From a virus (taxonomy: Duplodnaviria > Caudoviricetes): a DNA stretch of 27,869 nucleotides. The notes beneath the pieces were generated by a model, which was not told where the DNA came from, did not search any database, and saw only the letters and a program-made list of their open reading frames with translations. Where the stretch lies: positions 1-27,869 of IMG/VR virus record IMGVR_UViG_3300028588_000076. One strand, 5' to 3'. The translations under genes and the position numbers were made by a program. This document shows, in pieces, positions 15,694 to 24,406 of the stretch (position 1 is its first letter; each line of letters begins with the position of its first letter).

Positions 15694-16452
15694 TTATTCC
15701 AGCAGCGGATTGATTCGCGGATGCGGCGCCTCGAAAGCCTCGACCACTTCTGCCACCAGGCCCGAACGCACGATATCGGTACGGGTGAATTTAATCACCT
15801 TCACCCCGGAGATATGCATCAGCCGGCTGGCGCTCTCGAGCAGACCGGAGTTGCGCACGTCCGCTTGGCTCGCATCGCCGTTGATGACCACGGTCGCGTC
15901 TTCGCCAATGCGCGTCAAGAACAGCTTGAACTGTTCGATGCTGGCGTTTTGCGCTTCGTCCAGGATCACGAAAGCATTCTTGAAGGTCTTGCCGCGCATG
16001 TAGGCGAACGGTTCGCACTTGATCTGACCTTGCTTGATCAGGTATTCGACGAACGACTTGCCCAGGCGTTCTTCCAGCACTTCACGGAACGGGTCGAAGT
16101 AAGGATCGAACTTTTGCTCTTTCTCACCCGGCAGAAAGCCCAGCTTCTCGCCACCAGCTTCAACCGCTGGTCGGGTCAGAATGATGCGCTCGACTTTCTT
16201 GGCCAAGAGCGCTTCAGCAGCGATACAGCCGGCGACGAAGGTCTTACCGGTGCCTGCTGGTCCAAGACCGAACGTGACGCCGCCTTGACGCTGTGCGCTG
16301 GCGTATTTGCGTTGATTGTCGGTGCGTGGTTCGAAGGGGGCGGAGCGAACAGGGCGGGGTGCTGGAAGTGCCTGAGCGAATTGCTGTTCAGGGTGGTTGC
16401 CGCTGCGTTTGGCGTTACGCTGTGCGCTACGGCTGGATTGCTTGCTGGACAT
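15694..16452 (-). CDS. phoH: PhoH-family ATPase
   Basis: GPAGTGKT, LTRPAVEAG..LGFLPG, YMRGKTF, ILDEAQN, LTRIG, GD..Q.D, DIVRS; start MSSKQ with GGAG RBS. Confidence 0.96.
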   Translation of the reverse strand: MSSKQSSRSAQRNAKRSGNHPEQQFAQALPAPRPVRSAPFEPRTDNQRKYASAQRQGGVTFGLGPAGTGKTFVAGCIAAEALLAKKVERIILTRPAVEAGGEKLGFLPGEKEQKFDPYFDPFREVLEERLGKSFVEYLIKQGQIKCEPFAYMRGKTFKNAFVILDEAQNASIEQFKLFLTRIGEDATVVINGDASQADVRNSGLLESASRLMHISGVKVIKFTRTDIVRSGLVAEVVEAFEAPHPRINPLLE

Positions 16453-16483
16453 GAGGACCGCTCCACTGGTTGAAGAAGGCCCC

Positions 16484-16505
16484 ACTATACATCAGTGCTG
16501 ACTTA
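16484..16505 (-). promoter_or_regulatory. TATAGT -10 overlapped by an operator copy (16488-16505), upstream of phoH
   Basis: TACATCA-gtgc-TGACTTA. Confidence 0.6.
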
Positions 16506-16536
16506 CCAAACAATAAGACCAAGCAACTTTTTATGG

Positions 16537-16878
16537 CTACTTGGCCTGTTTGACAAGATACTGCATCACTTCGTCAACCAGCTTGTCATGACGCGCGGCC
16601 AATTCCCGGTACAGCTTGGTAATCGTCAAGCTGTCTTGGGCTAGTTCTTCCAGCCCAATGTCGGTTGCCGCGTTCGCCGGCGCAGTCGGATCAACGTACA
16701 GTGCTGGCAGCGGCGCGCTCTTGACCAAGCTCGCTTGCGGTGGGTTGAATACCGGCGCGGGCAGCGTTGAGCAGCCGGACAGTGCCAGCATCAAGAACGC
16801 GGCGATGCTCATCAGGTACACAAGCCAGGTCGGTGTGCGTGGCGGCTTCGGAGGTTGCGGATCGAGGGTATGGGTCAT
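16537..16878 (-). CDS. o-spanin (Rz1-like lipoprotein), overlapping the i-spanin; start may be 16812
   Basis: Hydrophobic signal and lipobox LALSG-C, Pro-rich segment, C-terminal helix; out-of-frame overlap with the i-spanin 3' end. Confidence 0.8.
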   Translation of the reverse strand: MTHTLDPQPPKPPRTPTWLVYLMSIAAFLMLALSGCSTLPAPVFNPPQASLVKSAPLPALYVDPTAPANAATDIGLEELAQDSLTITKLYRELAARHDKLVDEVMQYLVKQAK

Positions 16879-17143
16879 GACGGATCGGTGTGTTGGTTTT
16901 AATGCGTTCAGCGACCGCCACTTCGATCTTGTCGATGCGGGTAGCATCCGAACGAATGGCGGTCTCCAGGGTGGTGCTAATGACCGCGGATTGGGCAATC
17001 TCTTGCTTGACCTCTTTGACCGCTGCGCGCGCTTGACGAACCTCGCCCGACTTGATCGCCTGGCTCTTGAGCGTCCAGCCGACAAACACGCCAAGAAAGA
17101 TCGCCAGCAGAATTGCCATGGCGCTGCGCATCAGTTCGTTCAT
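16691..17143 (-). CDS. i-spanin (Rz-like)
   Basis: N-terminal TM helix, coiled coil, C-terminal C...GTVRLLNAAR; follows the holin. Confidence 0.82.
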   Translation of the reverse strand: MNELMRSAMAILLAIFLGVFVGWTLKSQAIKSGEVRQARAAVKEVKQEIAQSAVISTTLETAIRSDATRIDKIEVAVAERIKTNTPIRHDPYPRSATSEAATHTDLACVPDEHRRVLDAGTVRLLNAARAGIQPTASELGQERAAASTVR

Positions 17144-17355
17144 TTTGCTTCCAGTGGTTGGGTGGTCATGAAGCGCAGGGCGGCATTGCCGACGACCGCG
17201 ACCAGACCGATCATGCGGTAGACATCATCGGGTACGAACTCGCGCACTTGCGGCAGCACTTGCAGGGCCAGTTCGAACAGCGGCAGGGCGGCGAGCAAGA
17301 TGCCGTTGAACCAGATCGTCTTGCTGCGCCAGGCATTGCGGGCTTTATCGAGCAT
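17140..17355 (-). CDS. Holin (2 TM helices)
   Basis: AWRSKTIWFN...LRFMTTQPL; two hydrophobic helices; AAGGA RBS; lysis-cassette context. Confidence 0.8.
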   Translation of the reverse strand: MLDKARNAWRSKTIWFNGILLAALPLFELALQVLPQVREFVPDDVYRMIGLVAVVGNAALRFMTTQPLEAK

Positions 17356-17357
17356 GA

Positions 17358-17996
17358 TTATTCCTTGATGATTTTCTGAATGCGCTTAAGCATGGTCAAG
17401 CGCGCGATGAAGCCTTCAGCGTCACCTTGGGCCATGGTTTTGCGCCCCAGGTTGACCAGATCACACACGCCGTCGAAGTCATTGGTCAGCGCGTAATCAC
17501 CGACGCCGCGATTCCACCAGTACCAGGCGGCCGACATGCAGGCGCCTTCAGGTGTGCGCAGCCAGGTAGGCATGTCTTCGACCTTCTTACCGAAATGCTT
17601 GGCGCAAGCCAGTTGGTTCGCTTTGAAGGTTAGTTGGATCAAGCCGGCGCCGCGGTAGCGCCAGCCATCGCCCGAATCTTCGCCGTCATTGCCGCCACGC
17701 CAGGCGTAGACATAGTTGGCGATCGCTTCAGGCTTGCGCGCATATTTCTGCGCTTGCTCGGCGGTGAAGCGCTTGGGCCAGACCCGGCGCAGACCATCGG
17801 CGCTGTAGTTCATGTTTTCCGACAGCGCTGTCAGTTCGGCCGACTCTTGCAGCACGGTTGCCAAGAACATCTGACGCTCGATCAGTGCGTCGATGTCAAA
17901 ACGCTTCATGGCAGCGTTTAGGTGCGGCAGAAAGTTCGATGCGACCGCTTTACCGTGTGGCGCGATCGTTTGCAGTTGTTCAAGGGTCAGGTTCAT
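17358..17996 (-). CDS. Endolysin, glycoside hydrolase family 19
   Basis: FLA...QES, ENMNYSA, IANYVY, GN....GDGWRYRGAGLIQLT, SAAWYW; start MNLTL with ATGA overlap. Confidence 0.93.
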   Translation of the reverse strand: MNLTLEQLQTIAPHGKAVASNFLPHLNAAMKRFDIDALIERQMFLATVLQESAELTALSENMNYSADGLRRVWPKRFTAEQAQKYARKPEAIANYVYAWRGGNDGEDSGDGWRYRGAGLIQLTFKANQLACAKHFGKKVEDMPTWLRTPEGACMSAAWYWWNRGVGDYALTNDFDGVCDLVNLGRKTMAQGDAEGFIARLTMLKRIQKIIKE

Positions 17997-18343
17997 TTGG
18001 CCACCATGCTGAACGCTTGCGCGCCAAGATAGATCATGCCGGTGCCGAATACAGCCCACAGCAATTTCATGGTGCTACTGATACCCGATACAGTGCCTTG
18101 AAACTTGACCTGTTCCATCTTCAGGTCAGACACTTCGTTTTCGGTACGATCTTGGCGAACTCCGAGTTGCTTGATCGCTTCGCTGGCAACGAGGTTACGC
18201 TCCTCGAGAACGGACAGTTTGGTCAGTGCGTTGGCCATTTGGCCCATCACACCGCGCATTTCGCGCATTTCTGCGCGCACGTCTTCCATTTGCTGCTCAA
18301 AGATGGCGGGATTCGGCATTTGGTATCCTGGTAGCTGGTGCAT
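17993..18343 (-). CDS. Coiled-coil protein with C-terminal TM helix (holin/antiholin-like accessory); start may be 18319
   Basis: Heptad helix followed by LLWAVFGTGMIYLGAQAF; first gene of the lysis cassette. Confidence 0.75.
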   Translation of the reverse strand: MHQLPGYQMPNPAIFEQQMEDVRAEMREMRGVMGQMANALTKLSVLEERNLVASEAIKQLGVRQDRTENEVSDLKMEQVKFQGTVSGISSTMKLLWAVFGTGMIYLGAQAFSMVAK

Positions 18344-18390
18344 TTCCGTCGATCCTTCGTCGTTCGCTCGCAAAGGGAAATTTGCTGGCG

Positions 18391-18433
18391 ATTTTACTTC
18401 CTTTGGAGAAATTTGTAAATCAGTAGTGACTTA
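18391..18433 (-). promoter_or_regulatory. Near-consensus sigma-70 promoter TTTACA-17-TAAAAT for the lysis cassette; operator (18416-18433) over the -35
   Basis: -35 at 18414-18419, -10 at 18391-18396; TAAATCA-gtag-TGACTTA. Confidence 0.75.
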
Positions 18434-20176
18434 TTGTGACACCGTGCGCAGATATCCTTTTTCATCCAAAACGACCGGCTGACCTTCGGACCCTGCACGT
18501 TCACGCATGATGCCATTGACCATGACCAGCGGCTTGGCTGCTAACCCTGGCTTGACCTCTGTCATGCCGCCGTTCAGCGAGTACAAGAGCTTGAGGATTG
18601 AACGGTATTCATCTTCATCAGAGATATACGAATTTTCAAACAACTGCCATGGATTAGCACTGAGAGAAGCAATTTCACCGGGCGAAAGTAGCCTGCCCCA
18701 CGTGCAACCTAAAAGGGTTTGAGCCACACCCAAACGATTACTGTAAGATACCTGTACACCCTTAACTCCGAGATTATCTAAACTAAGCGGCTGGTCTACC
18801 GCCGTGGCGCTTGAAAGAACCTGTCCGTTTACATAAAGCTGGCACAAACCATTTCGTTGAAATGTTTGAATTGCACAAACAACCATGCCTGGTACAAGAA
18901 TTAAGCCTGTACTTGGTAGGTTAAGAGATGTGTAGTTTGCTTGTCGCCATGTGGCCCGAAGTGCTTTTTGATTTGCGTAAGGTGGGATCATGAGACCACT
19001 ACCTAAACCAATATATTCGCTTCCTCCATTAACAAAAAGACCCCTACCATCTGCATCCCCTGCACCAGTGGTTTCGGTAACTACAAAATAGGTTAAGATC
19101 GTGGCTTGATCTAGCAGGTGCAAATCCTCCGAAGGTTCGGTGGGTGCCATAAATCCCGCATTGGTTCCAGACTGGTTGAATGCGACTCCTTGTGGTGTTC
19201 CCCGAATAAGGGCTTCGACAGGGCCTCCCGCTTTGGGCGCAGGCGTCATGGTCCTGAGATTAACAAGGTTCATAAATCCAGAACCTGCATTCAGAGCCAT
19301 CCTCATCCCGCGCGCGGTGGGATTCCCAGCATCAATTCTTGCATACCCCTGTGGTTGGTATGCGCGAGGCGCAATCTCATATTCCTCGTTGTCAGGCGCT
19401 GGATTGCCAATCAGTGGCTCCGGCGCTTCAAAGAATTGCCAAGGGTTTACGGCCAGAGTGGTGGCTTCTTCGAGCGACAGCACTTTATTAAAGTGATGCT
19501 GCGCGAGAACGACGCAATTCGAATTACGGCTAGGATTCTCGATCTGTTCGGAACCAATGGAGAAATACTCCGTACCTGTCAATGGTGGAACTGGCGATCC
19601 AGTAACGAAGTAACTCTCTACTAGATCGTACAACAGTGCATTATCGGAAAAGACACGCAGACGAACGGTGGTATCAGGCAGGGTTCTACTTGCCGACACA
19701 ACCAAGGTTAGTTTTCGACCATACAACGCACTAAGTCCGATATCAAATGTACGCTGTCCGCGTGTGGATGGACCTACCGCGAAACTCAAATTGAGTATGT
19801 CTGCCGAAGTTCTCTCAAGCACCAAGAGGGCGTTATTCTGTGTCGCAGAAGACCAAGCGCCACCAATGGCGGGTACACTGCCTCCCGGCGCTCCATAAAA
19901 CACAACGTCCATCGCCATTGTGTGATCTACTACAAGAGATTTTGCAGCCTCTACGGCGTCAAAAAACAGAGCCGAATTAACGGCCCTGTTATCGTAACCA
20001 ATGCCGTGTATTGAATCTCGGATTGTTTGATTAGGTCCACGACCAGTTGAAACGCCACCCTGTACAAGCTCAACGGGGCCAGAGCCGGCATTAAAGCTAG
20101 CGATCAGGTTCGGCACCAGAGGGTTACTCAGGTCCAGCTTTGGCTTATGGATGGGTTGAACGGTCATACCAGCCAT
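18431..20176 (-). CDS. Tandem LamG/concanavalin-A-like lectin-domain protein (putative virion adhesin)
   Basis: Two internal repeats, each starting D..NP......NAGSG and ending LS..E...L..NPWQ.FE; QLYVNG strand typical of LamG. Confidence 0.72.
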   Translation of the reverse strand: MAGMTVQPIHKPKLDLSNPLVPNLIASFNAGSGPVELVQGGVSTGRGPNQTIRDSIHGIGYDNRAVNSALFFDAVEAAKSLVVDHTMAMDVVFYGAPGGSVPAIGGAWSSATQNNALLVLERTSADILNLSFAVGPSTRGQRTFDIGLSALYGRKLTLVVSASRTLPDTTVRLRVFSDNALLYDLVESYFVTGSPVPPLTGTEYFSIGSEQIENPSRNSNCVVLAQHHFNKVLSLEEATTLAVNPWQFFEAPEPLIGNPAPDNEEYEIAPRAYQPQGYARIDAGNPTARGMRMALNAGSGFMNLVNLRTMTPAPKAGGPVEALIRGTPQGVAFNQSGTNAGFMAPTEPSEDLHLLDQATILTYFVVTETTGAGDADGRGLFVNGGSEYIGLGSGLMIPPYANQKALRATWRQANYTSLNLPSTGLILVPGMVVCAIQTFQRNGLCQLYVNGQVLSSATAVDQPLSLDNLGVKGVQVSYSNRLGVAQTLLGCTWGRLLSPGEIASLSANPWQLFENSYISDEDEYRSILKLLYSLNGGMTEVKPGLAAKPLVMVNGIMRERAGSEGQPVVLDEKGYLRTVSQ

Positions 20177-20178
20177 GA

Positions 20179-20556
20179 TCAGCCCTTAGCCAGCAACACA
20201 CCCCGGAACGACACCGGGTTGGTGGTGTGTCCAAAGCATACCAAGCGCACGTAGGAGAATTCACGCGGCAGGTTAATTGGTGGTTGAGGCGGTGAGCCGT
20301 TAGCTATCACATTACCGCCGCCGCGCCAGATTTCGCTGATGTTGACGCCATCATTGCGATCAGAACCCTGCCAGATATACTGGCCCTGAACACCTGGTGC
20401 GGATGCGCCATTAGTTACGCTGGCGACAAGCTGACCGCCATTGACGGCGGCAACCGATACCCATGGACCTACCAGTCCTGGTGCTGCCTCTGTACTTCCT
20501 GCGGCTACAGGGGTCGTGGTCAAAATTTCGATAGTGGAACGTACAGGGACAGTCAT
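20179..20556 (-). CDS. Hypothetical beta-rich virion accessory protein
   Basis: ATGA-coupled, GGAG/AAGAG-type purine run upstream; ...SYVRL... Confidence 0.75.
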   Translation of the reverse strand: MTVPVRSTIEILTTTPVAAGSTEAAPGLVGPWVSVAAVNGGQLVASVTNGASAPGVQGQYIWQGSDRNDGVNISEIWRGGGNVIANGSPPQPPINLPREFSYVRLVCFGHTTNPVSFRGVLLAKG

Positions 20557-20987
20557 TGCGGTGGCTCTTTCAGGCTTCCGTCAGGGTTGAATAAAGCGGC
20601 TTCAACTTCCAGCCGACCGACCGTTGAGGTTGTCCAGCCAAGAGCGCAAAGCGCATCAGCCGCCCCCTGGGTGATTACGCCTTGAAGGGCCAGACCTTGA
20701 ATTGCCAGTTGGGCAGAAGGCTTTCCAATTTCAAGACGCCCTTGCTCCAGCAGAGGCCGAACGAATTCGAATTCAATGGCGGTAGCGATGTGACGCAGCA
20801 GTGTAGTGCCGGCAACCATGCCAAGTACGTCGAGAACCGTACCATTGCCGATCTTGGTGTCAGATGGGCGCTTGCAGTCATTTGAAAGAATGGTTGCAAG
20901 CGCGTCCAGATCACGCGCCTCAAGGGCTGGTGCGCAGTCTGGATTTGCATATACCGCTTCACGCAGTTCTTGAGGCGTCATGATCAT
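20553..20987 (-). CDS. Hypothetical protein (tail accessory cluster)
   Basis: ATGA-coupled on both sides. Confidence 0.75.
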   Translation of the reverse strand: MIMTPQELREAVYANPDCAPALEARDLDALATILSNDCKRPSDTKIGNGTVLDVLGMVAGTTLLRHIATAIEFEFVRPLLEQGRLEIGKPSAQLAIQGLALQGVITQGAADALCALGWTTSTVGRLEVEAALFNPDGSLKEPPQ

Positions 20988-21580
20988 GCCTTGACGGTGC
21001 GCATGCCGGCTTGGAAGTTCACCGCGGTAGCCGACACAGCAAAGCCGATACGCTGCACGACGTTGCCGGTAGCGCTCGGCACGGTTGCGCCGCCACGACC
21101 AGCAGTGGTTTGCAGGAACACATCGCCGGCAACCTGACCGGTGACTTGGTCATTGGTGCCTTCGAAGTAGACGGTCGCGGTAGCGCCGTTGGCAACGGCC
21201 ACTTTGACGAAGCCCATTGCGTGCTTGCCTTCAGTGGTCGCATCAGCCTTGCGCACTTTGAAGGTGTCCCAAATGTTGACGAAGTCGCCGGCCGCCAGCG
21301 CTTCGGAGGCAACGTGCGACCAAACGTCGGCACCCAGGCCGGTTGGCAGCATGGTCTCGTCGAGCTTGCCCGAGCCATTGGTCAGAATCGGCTTACCTGC
21401 ATCGCCAGCGCCAGCCGAGACAGCTTTACCGCCGACGATGGTGGCGTCCAGCACGCCCGACGCATTCAGTGCGGGAATCTTATTGGCGTCACCCGCGCCG
21501 GCAGAGGTGGTCAGCGCGGCTTCTTCAGCCAGTGCGCCATTGGATTGTTTCAGAAATTTGGTGCTCGAGGCGGTGCCCAT
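20984..21580 (-). CDS. Virion decoration/cement-like protein (DUF2190-like fold suspected)
   Basis: Two SAGAGDA.K...L..SG.LD repeats, then ASEALAAGDFVNI...ADA...AMGFV...Q.IG.A.SAT; AGGAG RBS. Confidence 0.65.
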   Translation of the reverse strand: MGTASSTKFLKQSNGALAEEAALTTSAGAGDANKIPALNASGVLDATIVGGKAVSAGAGDAGKPILTNGSGKLDETMLPTGLGADVWSHVASEALAAGDFVNIWDTFKVRKADATTEGKHAMGFVKVAVANGATATVYFEGTNDQVTGQVAGDVFLQTTAGRGGATVPSATGNVVQRIGFAVSATAVNFQAGMRTVKA

Positions 21581-21591
21581 CTGTACTGCTC

Positions 21592-22074
21592 CTAAGTGAG
21601 AATGATCGGTTCCCGAATCGTGACGAACAACGACGTGGCAGAGGTCGGGAAGCCCACTACCACGGAAAATGCCGCATCAGGTGCGGTTGGCGGGGTCTGC
21701 GTCAGCAAACCGTTATCTGCCAGATACACCGGCAGGTCGATATTCCAGTTCCATGATGGCTCCATCACTTCAGCGCCACGCACGACCGAGACCGGATTTC
21801 CGGCATCGCCCGCATTGATCGTGATACCTGCAACCCGGTGCAGGTGCGCGATGTCGCTACAGTTCGCATATACGAGCTTTCCCGACGCGCCAAATACGAC
21901 TGCGCGATGACCGCCCAGCGAAGTTTCGGCAATCGCTTCAAAGCCCGCGCCACCGGGAGCGCCTGGCATGCCGTTGACACCTGGCGGACCTTGTGTGCCG
22001 ACCGTGATGACATCGATGCGCCCGGTTTCTTGGACGATGATGTCTTGACGGACGATTTCGACCAGATTACTCAT
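21592..22074 (-). CDS. Virion decoration-like protein with short collagen-like GXY segment
   Basis: GTQGPPGVNGMPGAPG, then A...LGGHRAV...VYL..NG.LTQTPP...VG...SAT. Confidence 0.7.
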   Translation of the reverse strand: MSNLVEIVRQDIIVQETGRIDVITVGTQGPPGVNGMPGAPGGAGFEAIAETSLGGHRAVVFGASGKLVYANCSDIAHLHRVAGITINAGDAGNPVSVVRGAEVMEPSWNWNIDLPVYLADNGLLTQTPPTAPDAAFSVVVGFPTSATSLFVTIREPIILT

Positions 22075-22420
22075 GGCGGGTTTGACCTTTCGTGAAGGTT
22101 ACCGAGCCTGCGAGAATTGGGAAGCTGTCGCCATTGGCGGCGTCAAGAAACAGGTCGTAGCTCGCCTTGGTGAAGGTCATCTGCGCCGTCAATTCATCAG
22201 GGATGAAAAGATCGATGGTGCCATTGACGCCACCGAGGGTAATGCTGTTTTCAGTCGTCGACAGGCTGGCCACGATCTCGCCGTCAGCAGTACGAATCTG
22301 CATGCGCGCGCCGTAGCCAGTCAGGTCATGCGGCTTTTTGAAACGGTTCTTGTAGGTGAAACCCTCACGGAAGGTCGCGCCCTGATAGATTTCGAAGTTG
22401 ACGATGGCTACTTTGGACAT
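22067..22420 (-). CDS. Small beta-sandwich tail/baseplate adaptor-like protein
   Basis: IYQGATF...DLTGYGARMQIR...G.I.L.I....T......YDL; GAGG RBS. Confidence 0.75.
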   Translation of the reverse strand: MSKVAIVNFEIYQGATFREGFTYKNRFKKPHDLTGYGARMQIRTADGEIVASLSTTENSITLGGVNGTIDLFIPDELTAQMTFTKASYDLFLDAANGDSFPILAGSVTFTKGQTRHE

Positions 22421-22444
22421 GACATTCCTCTAAATAATCGGCCG

Positions 22445-22466
22445 ATTATAAGTCAGCGATGACTTA
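22445..22466 (-). promoter_or_regulatory. Perfect operator palindrome (22449-22466) overlapping TATAAT (22445-22450)
   Basis: TAAGTCA-gcga-TGACTTA. Confidence 0.8.
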
Positions 22467-22949
22467 CCTGTAAAGGCGCACGTTATCAGCGCATTCGCCG
22501 CACGCATGCGCATCGCGCAGGGCGATCAGCATCGGATACAGCGCATTGGGTCCGTAACGCCAACCCTCGAGAATGCCCAGCGCTTCAGCAACCGCCTCCG
22601 AGCAGAACTTGCGATCGTTGGCGTGCTGGATGAACCCGATCAGAAAGTGAACATTCCCGATCAGGTCATACTTTTCGCCGTTGTGCTTTTCGAAATACGC
22701 GCGCGCGTACTTTTCCAGATGGGCCGGCAGGTCGATGAAGTCCCACTGGCCCGAGGTGTAATCGATGTCCTTGAAGCGCACACCCTTGTCGGCAAAACTC
22801 GACGATGCGCTGACGCCATCGGAAAATTGCAGTTCGACGTGGCTGTATGGGCCGGACTCCCATTGACGCACGAACCAGTTGTAGACGCCAGCGACACCGG
22901 GGCGGGTGCCGCGGTAAAACGCAACGCGGAAAGTGGCTTTCTTGGACAT
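22464..22949 (-). CDS. Permuted papain-like (YiiX/YaeF, NlpC/P60-related) cysteine hydrolase
   Basis: His motif YSHVEL precedes KYD and the Cys motif FCSE; GGAG RBS. Confidence 0.8.
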   Translation of the reverse strand: MSKKATFRVAFYRGTRPGVAGVYNWFVRQWESGPYSHVELQFSDGVSASSSFADKGVRFKDIDYTSGQWDFIDLPAHLEKYARAYFEKHNGEKYDLIGNVHFLIGFIQHANDRKFCSEAVAEALGILEGWRYGPNALYPMLIALRDAHACGECADNVRLYR

Positions 22950-22960
22950 CGAAATTCTCC

Positions 22961-23605
22961 TTATGGGATGACGACAGCTTGCACTTTGTTCAGGGTGTCC
23001 TGGGCAAGCGCTTGCGCTTCGGCCAGCGACTCGGCTTGTTGAACCAGATACTTGTCCATGCGCAGGCTACCCAACTCTTTCAGGGCGGCGCGCAGACCGT
23101 TTGCCTGTTGCAGAATCAGATCGGCCGCGGCAGTGTTGTTCATGCCGGCATTGGTTGCGAAGCGCGTCACCCATTCGCCAGGGTCGCCCTTGTAAGCGTT
23201 GTTTTTGAATGCCTCGGCGGCAGCTTCGCGCTGTTCGTACTCCATCGAGAAGCGGGTCGAGCGCTCGATACGCGCGGCCACGGCGTCGTCGATCTTGACC
23301 ATGAGTGCTTTTTTCTCGATCAGCACTTGCGCGGCTTGGCGCGCAATGTCTTCATCGATCAAAGCTTGTGGCCAAGGTACTGCGCGCCAGGCTTGATACC
23401 ACTTGCCGCCTTCGCCTTGCTCGATGCCGGCGCGAATCTGCTCGACGTACTGCACCTGCTCAGGCACGACTTCTTGCACGATGTCATAACCCAGCGCATC
23501 CATGTACGCTTCGGTCGGCATTGCGGGAATGTAGGTGTTGGTGACAGCTTGGAGAAGTTCCAGGTAGGTGAAAACTTCACCGGTAAGACGCTTGCGATAT
23601 TCCAT
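22961..23605 (-). CDS. Tail fibre assembly/chaperone-like protein
   Basis: Downstream of fibre genes; EY...E..A.A...AA..IL.QA...R..K helical pattern; AAGGA RBS. Confidence 0.65.
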   Translation of the reverse strand: MEYRKRLTGEVFTYLELLQAVTNTYIPAMPTEAYMDALGYDIVQEVVPEQVQYVEQIRAGIEQGEGGKWYQAWRAVPWPQALIDEDIARQAAQVLIEKKALMVKIDDAVAARIERSTRFSMEYEQREAAAEAFKNNAYKGDPGEWVTRFATNAGMNNTAAADLILQQANGLRAALKELGSLRMDKYLVQQAESLAEAQALAQDTLNKVQAVVIP

Positions 23606-23617
23606 GATTGTTCCTTA

Positions 23618-24406
23618 TTAAATTGCTGCTGCATTGAGAGGGAAGGAACGATTGCCTCCCCACATAACCCGTACTGCACCGCCAATACCAACCTTGATGG
23701 TAATAACTTGTCCGGGAGTGACTGCGATTTTATTACGCCAGCCAAGGCCACCTCCACCAGCGGCGTCACCCATACCTACCATGCCACCACCATATACCCC
23801 TGGCACACCATAACCACCGTTTGTACCATTTGAGCCTGCCTTGCCATAACTGCCTATAGCATTTGCCCCCATACCCGCAGCGCCGCCTCCAGCGGCACCA
23901 CCGGTTCCTACTGTGCCTGATTGCCCCGAGGCTGCACCACCAGATGCACCTTGACCAAATATGCCTACACCACCGCCCCCATATCCGTTCGAGGTCTGAC
24001 TAGGGCCTGCACCTTGACCGTTCCCACCCGTGCCTGCATAGCCTCCGGCACCACCACCACCCCCGCCAATATAATCGTCAGCGTATCCCGCAACAGTCCA
24101 AACGTAACCTAAACCACCTGAACCGCCTACACCACCTCCATCACCAACAAAGCTGCCACCAAATCGTCCTTTACTACCGTACCCTACACAAGTAGCTGCA
24201 TCTTTGAAGTAAGAGGTTCCAGTGCCGGTTAGGGTGTCATTTGCTGCGTGACCATTGCCACCACCAACGGTGACAACAGAGACTTCAAATACCCCCGCTG
24301 GCACGGTCCAGCTAATTGTGCCAGCAGCATTGAAAACCACCTCACCCGGTGGCGCAACTCCGCCACCGGAGAAAGCCAGCATAATGGCCTGAGCAATGAC
24401 ACTCAT
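23618..24406 (-). CDS. Glycine-rich tail-associated protein
   Basis: SWTVPAGV..VSVV.VGGG...GGGGGAGG...GGGGLGW.N.I.VTPGQ...GAVRVMWG. Confidence 0.85.
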   Translation of the reverse strand: MSVIAQAIMLAFSGGGVAPPGEVVFNAAGTISWTVPAGVFEVSVVTVGGGNGHAANDTLTGTGTSYFKDAATCVGYGSKGRFGGSFVGDGGGVGGSGGLGYVWTVAGYADDYIGGGGGGAGGYAGTGGNGQGAGPSQTSNGYGGGGVGIFGQGASGGAASGQSGTVGTGGAAGGGAAGMGANAIGSYGKAGSNGTNGGYGVPGVYGGGMVGMGDAAGGGGLGWRNKIAVTPGQVITIKVGIGGAVRVMWGGNRSFPLNAAAI

